64,000 nucleotides of DNA from Azolla caroliniana. Taxonomy: Eukaryota > Plantae > Polypodiophyta. The position numbers were made by a program, and so were the translations under genes. Location: assembly GCA_043228905.1 (NCBI GenBank), contig JBHGNT010000009.1, positions 13,392,001 to 13,456,000 on the forward strand, read 5' to 3'. This document shows positions 35,294-49,092 of the stretch, piece by piece. Every line of letters begins with the position of its first letter. Positions within the stretch are counted from its first letter, which is position 1. Below the pieces are notes generated by a model. The model did not search any database. It was not told where the DNA came from and worked only from the letters and a program-made list of their open reading frames with translations.

Positions 35294-38200
35294 TGTGAAA
35301 GTTAGCGTGCAGAATCATTAGACAAACCGGCCTAGCAGGATAGCAACAGAAAATGAGAAAAGGTTTAATGGAGAACTTAACATAGAGAATACGCATGGGA
35401 GAGACAGAGAGAGAAGGAGCAGAACATAAACTCAATTCAAAATATCACTCTGAAACTCTATACATACAACGTGCTAAACAACACTATTTATACAAGTCCT
35501 TAAAAGGATTGACAGAATTACTATGTATTTCAATGCTCATACGAGCATTTGACACTAACTACAAGACCATGATTACCTAGTAGTCTAGGCTACTACTAGG
35601 CTTCCGGTTCGCACTCGAATCTGGCTCTCCGATCCATCTCCCCGATCCGGCCGCTTGTTTTCGGATACCATCCGAATACCGATTCCGTTCTGACTTATTC
35701 AGCCAATCCGAATCCGATTGAGCTTGCTCACTCAACACTCCTCCTCAAGCTCAACTTGAGGTCAGTTCGTGGTGGTGGTGTCTGTGGTAGCCGGTCCTTT
35801 TGACGTTGTTCCGCCTTGCTCGCGCTCCTCGTCCGGTGTGATTCCGCTTCCCGCAACCTCGACCTCGACCTCCTTGGTCGGCCTCCTTGGTCGGCTTGTC
35901 TGCTCAACAAGCCCATTTCAACTCCTTCGTTGTTATGACTTTGGCGCTTGTTGATCCATCGGTTCCTTCCTATTGATGTCAACTTCCGTTGCCTTCTTGT
36001 CCGAATGGCCTTTAGTTGATCTGGCTTCTCCGAATCTTGAACCAAATTGGTTTCCTCTTATTTGTTCCATCTCTTGTCCAAGATGGTACTCTCCAACTCG
36101 TCCTCCATTTTTAGGCCCTTCACCACATCGGACCACGTCCGGCGCTTGGCCTTCTTCTGGTCAGCTCTATCCTTCTTGACTCTGCCGCTTGCTCCGACTT
36201 GTTCGGATGTGCCGACTCCTTCGGTCGACTCGGCTTCCTTTTTCCGCTTATCTCCCCCCTTGGTTCTTCCTTCCTCTCCGGCTCCTTGTCTAATGCCATT
36301 CATTCCCGTTCTTGTTCCTATTCTCCCCCTCAAGTGCGGCACATTGAGATGTTGAATACCGAGCATATCCGAAAAATGTTGCAACTTGTCCGATCCTAGA
36401 GGCTTGGTGAAGATGTCGGCAACCTACTAATCTGTGTGAGCATATTGTAGTTCAACTTCACCACTCAAGACCCGCTCACAAACAAAGTGATAATGCACTT
36501 TTATGTGCTTTGTCCGAGCATGGAATACAGGGTACTTGGCGAGCTGAATGTTGCTCCTGTTGTCACAGTAGATCAGGATCGAGGTCGGTACCTCGATCCG
36601 AAGGTCACACAGCAGTCGCCGAACCAGATGGCTTCACAGGTGGCATTGGTAGCGCCCCGCTACTCAGCCTTAGTACTCAACAGAGCCACTGTTGGTTGCT
36701 TTTTGCTGCTCCACACAACAGTCGTGCTACCTAGAGAAAACATGTAACCGAAGGTGGATCGGCGATCTGATGCATCACCAGCCTAGTCGGCATCGGTATA
36801 TCCAACTAGCTTCCCAGCTAAACCAACATCGGTATAACAGTCCCCGGTCCTTCGTGCGGCTAACATACCGAAGTATCCGGTATGTGCACTGAAGATGCTC
36901 GACAGTCGGCTTCTACATGAATTGGTTGATCACTCCGACCAAGTAACTAATGTCGGGTCGAGTGATTGTTGAGTATATGAGGCTTCTGACAATTTTTCGG
37001 AACCGTTTCTCATCGCAAGCAGGTCCGGAGTCCGGATGGAGCTTTTGGTTCCGGTCCAGGGGTGTAGAGACAGGTCAACATTTCTTCATGTCGAACTTGT
37101 ACAGCATATTCAACACATAATGGCGTTGTGAGAGCAATATGCCATTGGGGGTTTGGATACCCAAGAAAGTAATGAAGGTTCCCCAGGTCCTTCATTTCAA
37201 ATGCGTCCGACAATTGGGACTTCACTCGGCCGATTTCAACGAGTTCGGGTCTAGTGATGACTAAATCATCTACATAAAGCAAAATGCAAACTAGACCGTC
37301 CGAACCAATCCGGATGAACAATGAAGAGTCGGACTTTGTGGCCGCAAACGCCATCTTATGCAACTGGTGCGTGATCTTCGCATTCCAAGCTCGAGGGGCT
37401 TGCTTCAGACCGTAAAGTGACTTCTTGAGTTGGCACACTGCCGACTTGTTCATCTCCAATTGGAAACCGGGGGATTGGATCATATAGACCCGTTCTTCAA
37501 GATCACCTTGAAGAAATGCATTCTTCATGTCCATTTGGTGAAGATGCCACCCCTTGGCCACAACAACCACCAGTACTACACAAACCGTTGTCATCTTCAC
37601 TTCCGGAGCGAAAGTCTCGTCGTAATCGATTCTGTGAGTCTCCGTGTATCCCTTCGCCACAAACCAAGCCTTGTACCGGTGAACCAAACCGTCGGCATTG
37701 TAGTTTACCTTGTACACCCACTTACATCCGATCGGTTTATAGTGTCGGGGAGGGTCAATGAGGTCCCATGTGTCATTGGCATCGAGTGCCCGCAATTCTT
37801 CCTCCATCGTGGCACGCCAATTTGCATTCTTTGCCGCTTCTGCGTAGCTCTCTAGCTCACGCACTTCCGCCACCTTGGTCATGTACGCATCGTGATGCAC
37901 CATGTACTCGTTGTACCCATACCTCATGAAGGTTTTCTTTTGACGGGTTGACCGGCGTAACTTTTCGTTATCCGGTTTGAGTCCCTTTTTGGCCGGTTTG
38001 GACTTGCTTTCTGAAGATCCGCCTTCTCCCTTTCCGGCGTAAGATCCGCTCCGATCCAACTCTTCACTACCTGTGCCGTATTCCAGCATCTTCTTCTTCC
38101 CCTTCTCTTTGCGCGTGAACCGTCTCCTCGGTTCCTTGCGCGGGGAGAGCACGATAGAGTTTCCACTACTCGTCGGTTCTTCATCCGATTGGTCATCTTG

Positions 38201-41200
38201 ACTCAGCCGCTCATTTGGTCCACTTAGCCGGAATGAGATCAGACTCTCTTCTAGAGTGCCGAAGTCTTCATCTTCTACTTGAACCTCTCCGGTTTCACTA
38301 GCGTCATCCTCCGGAATCAGGTCATCGTCAAGAGTTCGAGTCGGTAGGGAGTACCATGATGCCGACTCATCAAACTTGACATCTCGACTTACTCGAACCT
38401 ATTTAGTCTGGGGGTTATAACACTTATACCCCTTCTGTTCATGTGAGTAGCCGACGAGTATGCACTTCTCCGACTTCAGATCCAACTTCCTCCGCTTCTC
38501 ATCTGGTACATGGACATATGTTATACTATTGAATATCCAAAGGTGCCTCAAATTCGGCTTCCGCCTGAAATACAACTCATGTGCTGACCGAAGTCATATT
38601 TATAGTTATATGAACTTAGAGTTATTTACAAAATATAGCCTCAATGGGCTTATTCAAGACATATTTACAAATCGGTCCTCTCTTCCGGTTCTCATTGGGT
38701 CCACCAGTCCGGTTTTCGTATCTCTTCCGGTTCTCACCGGGTCCTCTTTATTCATCACCAGATCCCATTTGGAGGGATTGATTTCCCAACAATCTCCCCC
38801 TTCACTCCGGCATGGGATGTCTCACCAGCCCGATCCGCTTTCGGCATGCGTCCAACTTGTCGGTTGTTAGCACCTTGGTTAGCATGTCTGACCCGTTCTC
38901 CTCCATGTGGATCTTCGTCAGCACGAACTCTCGATCTTCAACTCGCTTCCGGATCCAATGGTACCTGCGTTGGATGTGCTTCATTTTGGAATGATATGCC
39001 GCGTTCTTTGCAAGGTGGATGGCACTTTGATTGTCACAGTAGAGCTGGTATTCCTCTTGTTGGATCCCTAGCTCTCCGATGAAGTCCTTCATCCATAATA
39101 TTTCCTTGCTGGCTTCCATGACTGCTATGTACTCCGCCTCCGTGGTTGACAACGGAACCATCTTCTACAGCCTCAACTACCACACAACAGCTCCCCCTGC
39201 GTAGGTCATGACATATCTGGAAGTTGACTGGCTAGTGTCCACATCAGCCGACATATCCGAATCGGTAAATCCTTCCATGAGGGGTTTACCAAAGCCGAAT
39301 CGGAGGCACATACTCGAAGTGCCCTTCAGGAACCAGAGTATCCATTTTACCGCATTCCAGTGCTCTTTTCCGGGGTTGGTCATAAACCGACTCACCACTC
39401 CGACTGCGTATCCAATATCCGGTCGAGTACACACCATTGCGTACATCAAGCTCCCGACTGCAGAGGCATATGGTATCTTCATCATATCCACCTTCTTTGC
39501 CTTTTGCTTCAGGCTTTGCTTACCTAATAGACTGCAGTTTTCCGGGAGTGTCGATCTGACCGGTTTTGCTTCTGACATGTTAAACCGCTGAAGCACCTTT
39601 GTCACGGACCTTTCCTATGAAAACCACAATTGCTTCTTCGACCGGTCCCGAATGATGTGCATCCCCAGTATCTGTCTTGCCGGACGCAAGTCTTTCATTG
39701 AGAAGGTCTGATTAAGGGCCTTCTTCAACATCCGTATCTTGACTTGGTCTCGTCCGACGATCAATATGTCGTCCACGTACAGGAGCAATATTAGGAAATC
39801 TCCTCCAACAAATTTCTTCACAAACACGCAATGATCGGCTTGCGTCTTGTGGTACCCTTGATCGGTCATGAAGGAGTCAAACTTCCGATACCATTGTCGA
39901 GGAGCTTGCTTCAGTCCGTATAAGCTCTTCTTCAACCGGCACACCAAGTCCTCCTTCCCCTTCTTCACAAATCCTTCGGGTTGATGCATGTAGATCTCTT
40001 CTTCGAGGTCTCCGTGTGGGAATGTCGTCTTGACATCCAGTTGCTCTACCTCGAGGTCCATGCTTGACGCTATGCTCAAGACCGTCCGGATGGATGTCAT
40101 CTTTACTACCAGGGCAAAGATCTCATCGAAGTCCACTTCTTTCTTCTACTGGAAGCCCTTCACCACGATTCGGGCCTTATACTTCCGTGGATTTCCGGCG
40201 TCTCTCGGTTTCAGCTTGTACACCCACTTGTTCCAGAGTGCCTTCTTTCCTTTTGGCAACTCCACTAATTTGTATGTGTGGTTCTCATGCAAGGAATCCA
40301 TCTCATCCTACATGGCACTCAACCACTTGCGGTTGTGGGTGTCTCCCCTTGCTTCTTCAAAACTTTCCGGCTCCCCCTCATCGGTTATCAACACATACTC
40401 TGCATTCGGAAATCTTCGGTGGGCTCTTCTCTCCCGGAGAGGATATCTCCATCCTTGGTTTCTGACAAACGGTTCCTCCGTTTGTTCTTCATCCGAATCC
40501 GATCCGGGATCTTGTTTGGTTCCGATGTCTTCTTCTTCTTCTTCTTCGGTCGGTTCAGTTTCTTGTCTGAATCCGACCGGTTCGTCGAGTGTCATCCGGT
40601 TGCCGGCTAGCATCCGGTTTTCAACTGGGTATATCCTTTTGTCCTCAAGCCGGTTTTCAATGGATGATCCGGAGTTCGTTACCTTCTTCTCCGACTCCCA
40701 GTCGGAAATGGTCCTGTCTTCCATGAAGACTATGTCCCGACTCCAGAACACCTTTTTGTCTACCAGATCCCACACCCGGTAACCGAACTCATCATCGTCG
40801 TATCCAAGGAATATGCATGGCTGGGACATTGGATCTAGCTTTGCTCTCTTGTCCTTCGCCACATGCATGTATGCGAGACACCCGAACACCTTCAGATGCC
40901 GGTAAGACACATCCTTACCAGTCCATACTTTCTGTGGTGATTCTCCGTCCAAGGGTACTAAGGGTGATATGTTTATCACATAGGTCGCCGTCGTCAGCGC
41001 CTCACCGGAATGAGATTGTCTTCGGCAAGTCCCTTCATCCCCTTCTCAGTAATGTGACACGGTCTCTTGTGCCACAGCTCAACGGCAGTGTCGGATGCTA
41101 CGTTCACTTCTTCCCGGCATATTCGAGCATTCATCAAGTACTGTTAGTTGACCTTCCGGGCTCGAGTCACTATTAATCTCCCTTTGCAGAACTTCATGAC

Positions 41201-41948
41201 ACCGTTCCGGATGCTACTTGTGTAGCCTTCATCATCTAGTCGGTCGGCTAATATTAGGTTCAGTCGAACCGCCGAAACGTGTCGGACATCCTTCAGCAAC
41301 AACTTGCATCCGATTGATGTTGTTAACAACACATCTCCTATGTCGATAATTCTTGTTGTTAACGGCATTTTTGTTTTGGATCATAATGTTGATCTTCTCC
41401 CAGAGTTCATGAGCCTTTCTCTCTTCGTTGAAGTTGTTGTACAGGCTCATGTCGATGAAGCACCGGATGTATGTCGTCGTCTTCATGAGCATCACCTCCC
41501 ACGTTGTGGCATCGATCTTGTCCGGTCTCTTCTCCCCGAACTGAACTGGCAACAAAAAGATCTTTGACCACTAGCATATCCCTCATCTTCGACTTCCACA
41601 TTGAGTAGTTGGAGCCTGTGAGCTTGAACATGCTACCGAAAGATTCTTCCATTTTCTGTATTGTTTGATTTGATATTAGTTTGAAGAGAAATACACAGAA
41701 TATCGCGCGGCCACAACCGAGTAGTAAATCACTTCTATAGGAATCAAACACAGAAATGGGAACTGGAGAGTACACAAGAAAAATTACACAAGATGTTTAC
41801 GTGGAAAACCCTGATAGGGAAAAACCACGAGAGCCCACAGACTCCGAACGATCACTATGAAGAGAAGGGGTACTATCAAAAACTCAGAGGCAATGACCTC
41901 AACCTCTATTTCTTCGCACAGTGGCGGTTACAACAGAGTATCACTCTG

Positions 41949-41995
<47 letters not shown>

Positions 41996-44023
41996 TTGTA
42001 CAATAGTTGCAACAATATCATAGCAACAATCACACATTTCTAATATCCTAAAGTGATTGCCCTAGGGTTATATGAACTTAGGGTTATTTACAAAATATAG
42101 TCTCAATGGGCTTATTCAAGACATATTTACAAATTTTTCCTCTCTTCCAGTTCTCACCGGATCCTCTTTATTCATCACCGTATCCCATCCGGAGGGACTG
42201 ATTTCCCAACACTGGTCAACGATTTGTCCAACCGACACCAGGTTCTTTGTGATAGTCGGAACGTGTAGTACGTTCATTAGTTTCCCCTTTTGTCCGACAT
42301 GGCTTAAACGGACTTCTCCGAAATGCACAATCGGGTGAGGTGTGTCGTCTCCGGTTTCGACAATCCCCGGTTGTTCCGGTTTTTCCAAAAAGGACAAGAA
42401 CTCTTCATGGCTCGTCATGTGGTTGGACGCTCTAGAATCAACATATCATACTTCCTCCGATTTGGAAGTAGTCTTCTTCATCAAGTTAGCCTTGTGCTTC
42501 ATCACGAAGGTTGGCCCTTTACCGGTCTTTCCGATTCTAGATCCTTCTGTATAGTGTGAGCTTTACGAATTTTCCCAACCGGCCTTGCCGGATCCGGATT
42601 TGTCCGAATCGGCACGCTACTTCCAGCACTCGCTTTCCTTGTGGCCCTTTTTGCCACAATACCAGCATTCTGTGTCGGCTTTTCCTTACCGGCTTCCGGC
42701 GCTGCTTTGACTCCCCTTGCTTGTCGAGGGTCGGGAACTACTATCGGCACTACCTCTGTGCCTTCGGTCCTGCTCTTGTCGGCCGCCTCCATTGCGTGCC
42801 GACCCACCTCGTCCACCACGTCCATGGGGACGATCTGTTTCCATGTACAACATCCGGTCGTCCGATTGAGTGGTCCTTGACCCACTCGTGTGGTTTTCTT
42901 CGATCATCAGCATCGATTGCGAGTCGAAGAAAGTTGGTGGCTTCTCCCGGGTGCAGATCGTTGTCCGGATTGGCCCGTACCTTTGTGCTAGACCATAGAG
43001 GTAGATTTGCACCATCTCATCTTCGTCCACCGTCACATTGATGGACCCGAGTGCGTCACAAATCTCCTTTATTTTAGTGGTGTAATCCGTTACCAACATG
43101 TCTCTTTGCCGGATGTTGTTCAACTCTTGCCGGAGCTGCAACTTACAGGTTGTGGTACTTGCGGCGAAAATCATCCGTAGATTTTCCTAGGCCTCCTTCG
43201 GCGTCTTGGCATCCTTTATGTAGTCGAGCATCTGATCATGCACACAGGACGCGAGGCAATACAATACTTGGTTCGCTCCTTGCTCCCATACCAGGAAGTC
43301 ATTGTGTGTTAGCTCCGGTGCTACCTCGTTAGTTCCTTCCACGTAGCTCCAATAACCATGCCCAATCAAGTACTAGTGCATTTTATATGACCAGGACAAA
43401 CAGTTGCTCCAGTCGAGTTTCTCTGTTTGAAGTGAACTCGTCATACCTCTATCCATACCTTTCTCTATCTGTTGTTACCGGTTATTAGGGTTTTTCTTCG
43501 AAAGCATTTGCCAGCTGTAGAGGTTCTCAACCCTCGCACTCTGATACCATGTGAAGGTTAGCGTGTGGAAGGGTTAGACAAACCGGCTCAACAGGATAGC
43601 AGTAGAAAATGAGAAAAGGTTTAATGGAGAACTTAACACAGAGAATACTCATGGGAGAAAGAAAGAAAGAAAGATATATTAACGTCTTCTAAGGCCAAAT
43701 TTGGCCCATGAGACAATTGGCCCTAAACTCAATTCAAAATATCACTCTGAAACTCTGTACATACAACGTGCTAAACAACACTATTTATAGAAGTCCTCAA
43801 AAGGACTGACAGAAGTACTATGTACTTCAATGCTCATGCGAGCGTCTGACACTAACTACGAGACAATGATTACCTAGTAGTCTAGGCTACTACTAGGCTT
43901 CCAGTTCGCACTCGAATTCGGCTCTCCAATCCGTCTCCCCGATCCAGCTGGTTGTTTCCGGATGTTGATCCGGCTCTGGCTTATTCAGCCAATCCAGATC
44001 CGGTTGAGCTTGTTCGCTTAACA
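35294..44023 (-). mobile_element. Ty1/copia family A element with both LTRs and a TSD
   Basis: LTRs at 35294-35737 and 43550-44023, 5-bp TSD ACGAC, PBS tggtatcagagtgc (rc, ends 43549), PPT 35738-35749. Gag 42500-43445, RT ORF 37010-38152, RNase H 36350-36850. Confidence 0.95.
38595..42211 (-). mobile_element. Nested Tork/TAR-like Ty1/copia with internal deletions
   Basis: 5' LTR 41682-42211, truncated 3' LTR 38595-38791, PPT AGGGGGAGAT. Gag MEESFGSMFKLTGSNY, RT LLLYVDDIL, RNase H YCDNQSAIHLAKN. Confidence 0.9.
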
Positions 44024-44042
44024 ACGACACATAGCCGGCATT

Positions 44043-44487
44043 TGTGTGGGTTCGACCGTGCCATGTGTTGGTCGGTCAGGACGACAAAGGTGTCCGTAGG
44101 GACGAGTGCTGGTCGAATTCGAGAATGTGTGGGGCTGGACAGGGATTTGAAACATAAGATAATGCATGTATAATAATTAGGAGTAGTACCAGTTTACATT
44201 CCTTACGTAACCGACCATGCTCCCTATAAAAAGGGACGTGGAGCTTTGTAAAAGTTTATCGTCAAATGTATCGAGTCAATTGCTTCATAGAAAATCTGTT
44301 TGCTTATACTCTTAGTCTGTGTTGTAAGAGACTCTATCTTTTATTGTGTACTATGAGTAACCAGTCAGTTGTAGCCATCTTGGATCGTGTATTCAATAGA
44401 CATTACAACTTGATCAAGTATTGTTCTGTGTGAGCTTACCTTGTTATTGTTGTGTGACCCGTCCACGTTCCCCATCCTATGACCACA
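44043..44487 (+). mobile_element. Probable 3' LTR of the non-chromovirus gypsy
   Basis: Start is homologous to 63926-63985 (tgtgtgggttcga..gtgccatgtgttgg). TATA ctataaaa at ~44224, ends GACCACA. The exact 5' boundary is uncertain. Confidence 0.6.
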
Positions 44488-44819
44488 ATACCTTGAGTCG
44501 GGTACCAAAGGAGTGAGTGTTTGAACCCCCGATTACTAAGGGCAGTAAGACCCCTTACCGCTACTACATGTATTGCTGCTACAATCACTCCTCACCACCT
44601 CTGTTTGTATGGCCATTGCAATGTCTCATTACTACCTCTATTTGTACCACCACTCTAGTCGCTCATTATTGCCTCTACAAATATTGTTGTTGCCTATAGT
44701 CATTACCACCTCTCCAAGTAGTGTTGTTGCCATCGCTACTTCATGTGCATGCATCTTGAACATCGAGAATTGCTACTCACTTTCACATGTATTATTTTTG
44801 GTCTCATAGGTCATATTTA

Positions 44820-45820
44820 ACCTCTAAAGACAATAATAGAGTATATATATCTATCTATCTATCTCTTTGTGAAAATCTTGAAGTTCATATACTACACCTA
44901 CAAATAACCAAGGTCCAAAGAACATAGCTAAATAATTGGGGCATATTCACTTCAAGTTTTCACTTAAAATAATATTCATGTATAACAATGACAATCATAA
45001 GTAACACATTTTATTATGTTAAGCAACATACTAGATCTTCCTCGAAGTAAGTCGAGGTAACAACTGAACAAGCAACACATTTATTATGTATAACAACAAC
45101 ACACTATTTTTCTCTAAGTAGAGAGACAATAGGTTATTACAATAAACAATCATTTCATGAGATAGTTATAACTATCTCTCTCTCTCTCTCCCTCTTTCTT
45201 TATGACAAGCTTAAAGTTCATATTATTGTACCATGATAACAACTAAACAAGCAACATATTTATTATGTATTGCAACACACTCCATTTTTCTCTAAGTAGA
45301 GAGACAATAGGTTATTGCGATAAACAATCATTTCTTGATATAGTTATCTCTCTCTCTCTCTCACACCTTGTAACAATACACCTAAAAACAACCAAGATGT
45401 AAAGACCATACCGGAGAAATTGGGGCATAATCATTTTAAAATTTCACTTAAATTAATATTTTTTGTACCATGATAACAATCATAAGTAACAAATTTTATT
45501 ATTTTTGTCAACACACTAAATTGTCCTCTAGCTAAGTTGAGAACTTGTATGTTATTACGATAAGAAATCATTTGATGAGACACTTACAACTATCTCTCTA
45601 TGACAACTTCAACCTTCATATAATATACCTAGGAACCACCAAGGTCTATGGAACATAGACAAATAATTGGGGCATAAACATTTGAAAATTGGCTTGAATT
45701 AATATTATTGTACCATAATAACAATTACAAGTAATGCATTTTTTGACGATTAGCCACATAGTATATATCTTCCTATGGGTAAATAGAGAGCCGATAGGTT
45801 ATTGCGATGAACAATCATTT
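44820..45820. repeat. Degenerate tandem duplications downstream of the thioredoxin gene
   Basis: The motif (g)gttatt(a/g)c(a/g)at(a/g)a..aatcattt occurs at ~45130, 45310, 45550 and 45795. The motif aattggggcata occurs three times. Confidence 0.7.
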
Positions 45821-46753
45821 AGGAGGATGAGTAGAGACCATCCTCAAAAGATCACCTTTGTTGGCCCCTAATACTCTTCCCACTTCCTTACCATCCTCCA
45901 ACATGATATATGTGGGATATCCTTCAATATACATCTCCCTTACCACCCGCTGTTTTATAAGATATAAATTATTAACCAGTGTAGGTTCAAATTTTATACA
46001 TAAGTATTTATTTTGTTCAAATTATTTCTCATTTCTTAGTCATAAACATTTCATGACTCTCCACAGATATTATTCATTATGTATTCTTATGTCTTTCGTA
46101 ACATTTTCAATAGATGAATTATTCATTCTACAAATTATGTCAACTCTCCAATACACTTTAATGTAAGATCAATTTCCCAAATTTATATTTCACTTGCTAA
46201 ATGTCAACAATATAGCTAAATTTATATTTCACTTGCTAAATGTCAACAATATTGTTAAATTTATATTTCTTAGATAATATATGAAATTAATATAAGAATT
46301 CTCCAAAATTATATGAGTGACTGATAACTATTTATGTAAAAGCTTATATACACATAGTCATAAACGTGCCATCTCTTTGCTCTATGTCCTCCCTTCATGA
46401 ACATCTTTGTGCATTACTTTTGTTGACAATATCAATATTACCTTCAATACACCAGCATCCACCTTTACAAATAAAATGTCTTGGAATTGTCTTGCAAGCT
46501 CTTCAAAGTAAATGTCCATGGATTTACAAGGTCCACACCAACTTGCCATACAACTTACAACCATCTTACGTGTATAGATTAAGTGAGAGAAAATAGACCA
46601 AGTTAGAAAAAATATATTAAGTGAGAAAAATATATATTAACCTCGTAAACCACAAATACTTACCAACTTAGATTTTGAAGCAGCACTCTCATGTAGGAGA
46701 CTGCTCCATATGCCTTCTGCATCACATGTTCTAACATAGCTTTTTGCTTCCAT
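45815..46753 (-). CDS. Thioredoxin h-type protein, 3 exons (46753-46664, 46564-46442, 45949-45815), 115 aa
   Basis: GT-AG phase-0 introns of 99 and 492 bp, and the 123-bp middle exon typical of plant Trx h. Protein: MEAKSYVRTCDAEGIWSSLLHESAASKSKL|MVVSCMASWCGPCKSMDIYFEELARQFQDILFVKVDAGVLK|RVVREMYIEGYPTYIMLEDGKEVGRVLGANKGDLLRMVSTHPPK*. Has the WCGPC active site and the cis-Pro motif YPT. Confidence 0.9.
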
Positions 46754-48834
46754 AACACAAGAATGATGAGCAACAAGGAAATAATGAAGTAGCTTATGCC
46801 CTCCATGCCATTTTATAGTAGAAATGAAAGACAATGATTTGTTGATCAATTGATTGTTATTAATACTGCCACTCGAAGAGGCAACCTATTCATTCCAGAA
46901 GCCACCTAGTTGAAAAAGTTACTGGTAAGGTAGAAAGCTAAGGATTTATTTAGTGAAACTAGTGGAACTAAGAAATTAGAAAAAGAAAAGTGTATCACCA
47001 TGAATATAATTGCAAGATTATAGGTTTCAAATCCTCTTTCAAAAAGCATACACAATGCTTTACAACGTCCATATGACCTTTTTTTATATTTAGAATGTTG
47101 TAAGAACACAAGTTAGTGCATTGCATTTGTTGGTCTTGGGCAATGTCTATTTTCATAAGATAGTATTACTTTTGAGCTAATAAAGGAATGTTAATAATAT
47201 GTAATATATCTTCTTTGTAGCATATTCTAATTTTTACCCCTTTACAATGTGTTTTTGTCTTGTGTTTGATTTACTCAAACTATCCATAATCTTTGTTAAG
47301 CCATATTGGGGTCTTTTCATGTGCCTAATTCGTTTTTTTATATTTTAGAATTCCTTATCATTATGGTTTTCGCTTCTTTCTTTTTTATTCACTCTCGTGA
47401 AATATTTATGCTTTCCAATTCCATATTGCCTATTCTATGTAGACACGAGATTCTTCTAGCTTGGTAAATTCCGTAATGATGTGTGTCTTCTGCCTTCTTC
47501 ATTGTTGAATGAGGATCAACCATTTGTTCTTACTTTTGTGGTCGTGTAACGTCAACACTTCCCTTTCCCTGAAAGAGAGAATGAATTCACGATGACTTTT
47601 CATGTTTATGAAACATTGGAAGGAAACTAGAAAGAACTCTAATACATTGAAACTACAAGTTTCTCTTCTGTAACTTTTCCCAAACAAAAATTAATAGTGC
47701 TTATAGATTTTACATATATAAATTGAACAAATTTTTGTACTAGGTCCACAAATTTATACTAATCAAAGAAAACCTTAAACTAAGTTAAGCTATGTTAATA
47801 CAAAATTTGGCTTTCACAAGGATTATAGCCTAAAAATTTTCACTTCATTCAAAAACAAAGTATGACAATAGTATCAAGTGTACTATTGGAATAAATACAT
47901 TAATCCCATCATCATGTGAAATCTATGTGAAACACATGTATGCGCGAAAAATATAGGACAAAAGATTTTATGGTTTGTAGAAACAAATTGCTGAAAACAA
48001 CTTTCATATTATAGAATCCAAATAAATTCTCAAAATAGCAATCATTGCACGCACACTTGCATTTTCCAATGAAAAATATAGCTATAATATTTCCCATAGG
48101 AGTATAATTTCATTGTTATTTGTGTACATGTATATAATCAAAAGTTAGTAACCTTTTACACTATTCACACATTCATAGGTTATTTTGATATGGTGTAGTG
48201 TGAGAAATACTTACGGACACATTAGAAGCTTTCCATTGTCCATATTTATAATGATAGATAAAGGTTCAAATTTATTTGAACGTCTAAAATGTCATTAAAT
48301 GGTTCCTATATGTGTGATGCTACTTACGACAAATTACAAAGAAGAAAGCAACTTCTTAGATTGATTAGATATCATTGCTATGAATCAAACTTAAAGGTCA
48401 ATATATAAGTTTCCTTCTCAATGGAGTAAATCATGCCCTCTAATACATTTTCCCAATAAAGGACAATGTGGATAGTTATTCTATATACCATGGAGGATCT
48501 ATATGATATATAAATTTAAATTGACACACAATTTACATCAAATGTCTTCGACACTCTAAATTGAACATAGATCATGTTCATCTTATGATTGTATTATATA
48601 AGTCAATCATTTTAATATATTCAATGGCGGTGGACTTCAAAGGTCAACAAATAAAGATATCCTACTCTTTTTGTCTACTTAATCATCACACATTTGTGCT
48701 TTTCCCTTTTTCTTGTCCGTCGCATTTAGACTTTTGATACAATATCATTTACTTTAGAGAGTCATTATTATGTGTGTCACTTATAAAACTTTGAAGTTTA
48801 TTTGTAAATCTAACTCAAGCTTATCATGCATAAT

Positions 48835-49092
48835 TCAAATTGTGAAGAAAGAAGACATCCGTCAAGAGAATCATAGCAAATCATCTTTCCATCGTTTAAT
48901 GGGTAAGTGCTTGCTTTATAACTGCACCTACTCCATCATGTTCACCTTTATCATGGACGGACCCAAAAAAATTCTATCTCATCTCCAAACTTATTATAGA
49001 AGGATACTTCCCAACAAAATAAAGTGGACGTCTAGCCTTGAATTGTAATCATGCAGCTTCGTCAGACTAGACCCAATGTTGAGTAAGCTCCA
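48835..49092 (-). pseudogene. DNA transposase copy 3 fragment
   Basis: Reverse complement reads QHWV*SDEA..QFKARRPLYFVGKYP..NFFGSVHDKGEHDGVGAVIKQAL, homologous to 2960-3150. Cut by the LTR at 49093. Confidence 0.75.

Noticed and set aside
46637-46849. Dynein light intermediate chain-like N-terminus (WSSLL..SKSKL)
   Set aside because: Better explained as thioredoxin h exon 1, with a canonical donor and in-frame downstream exons.
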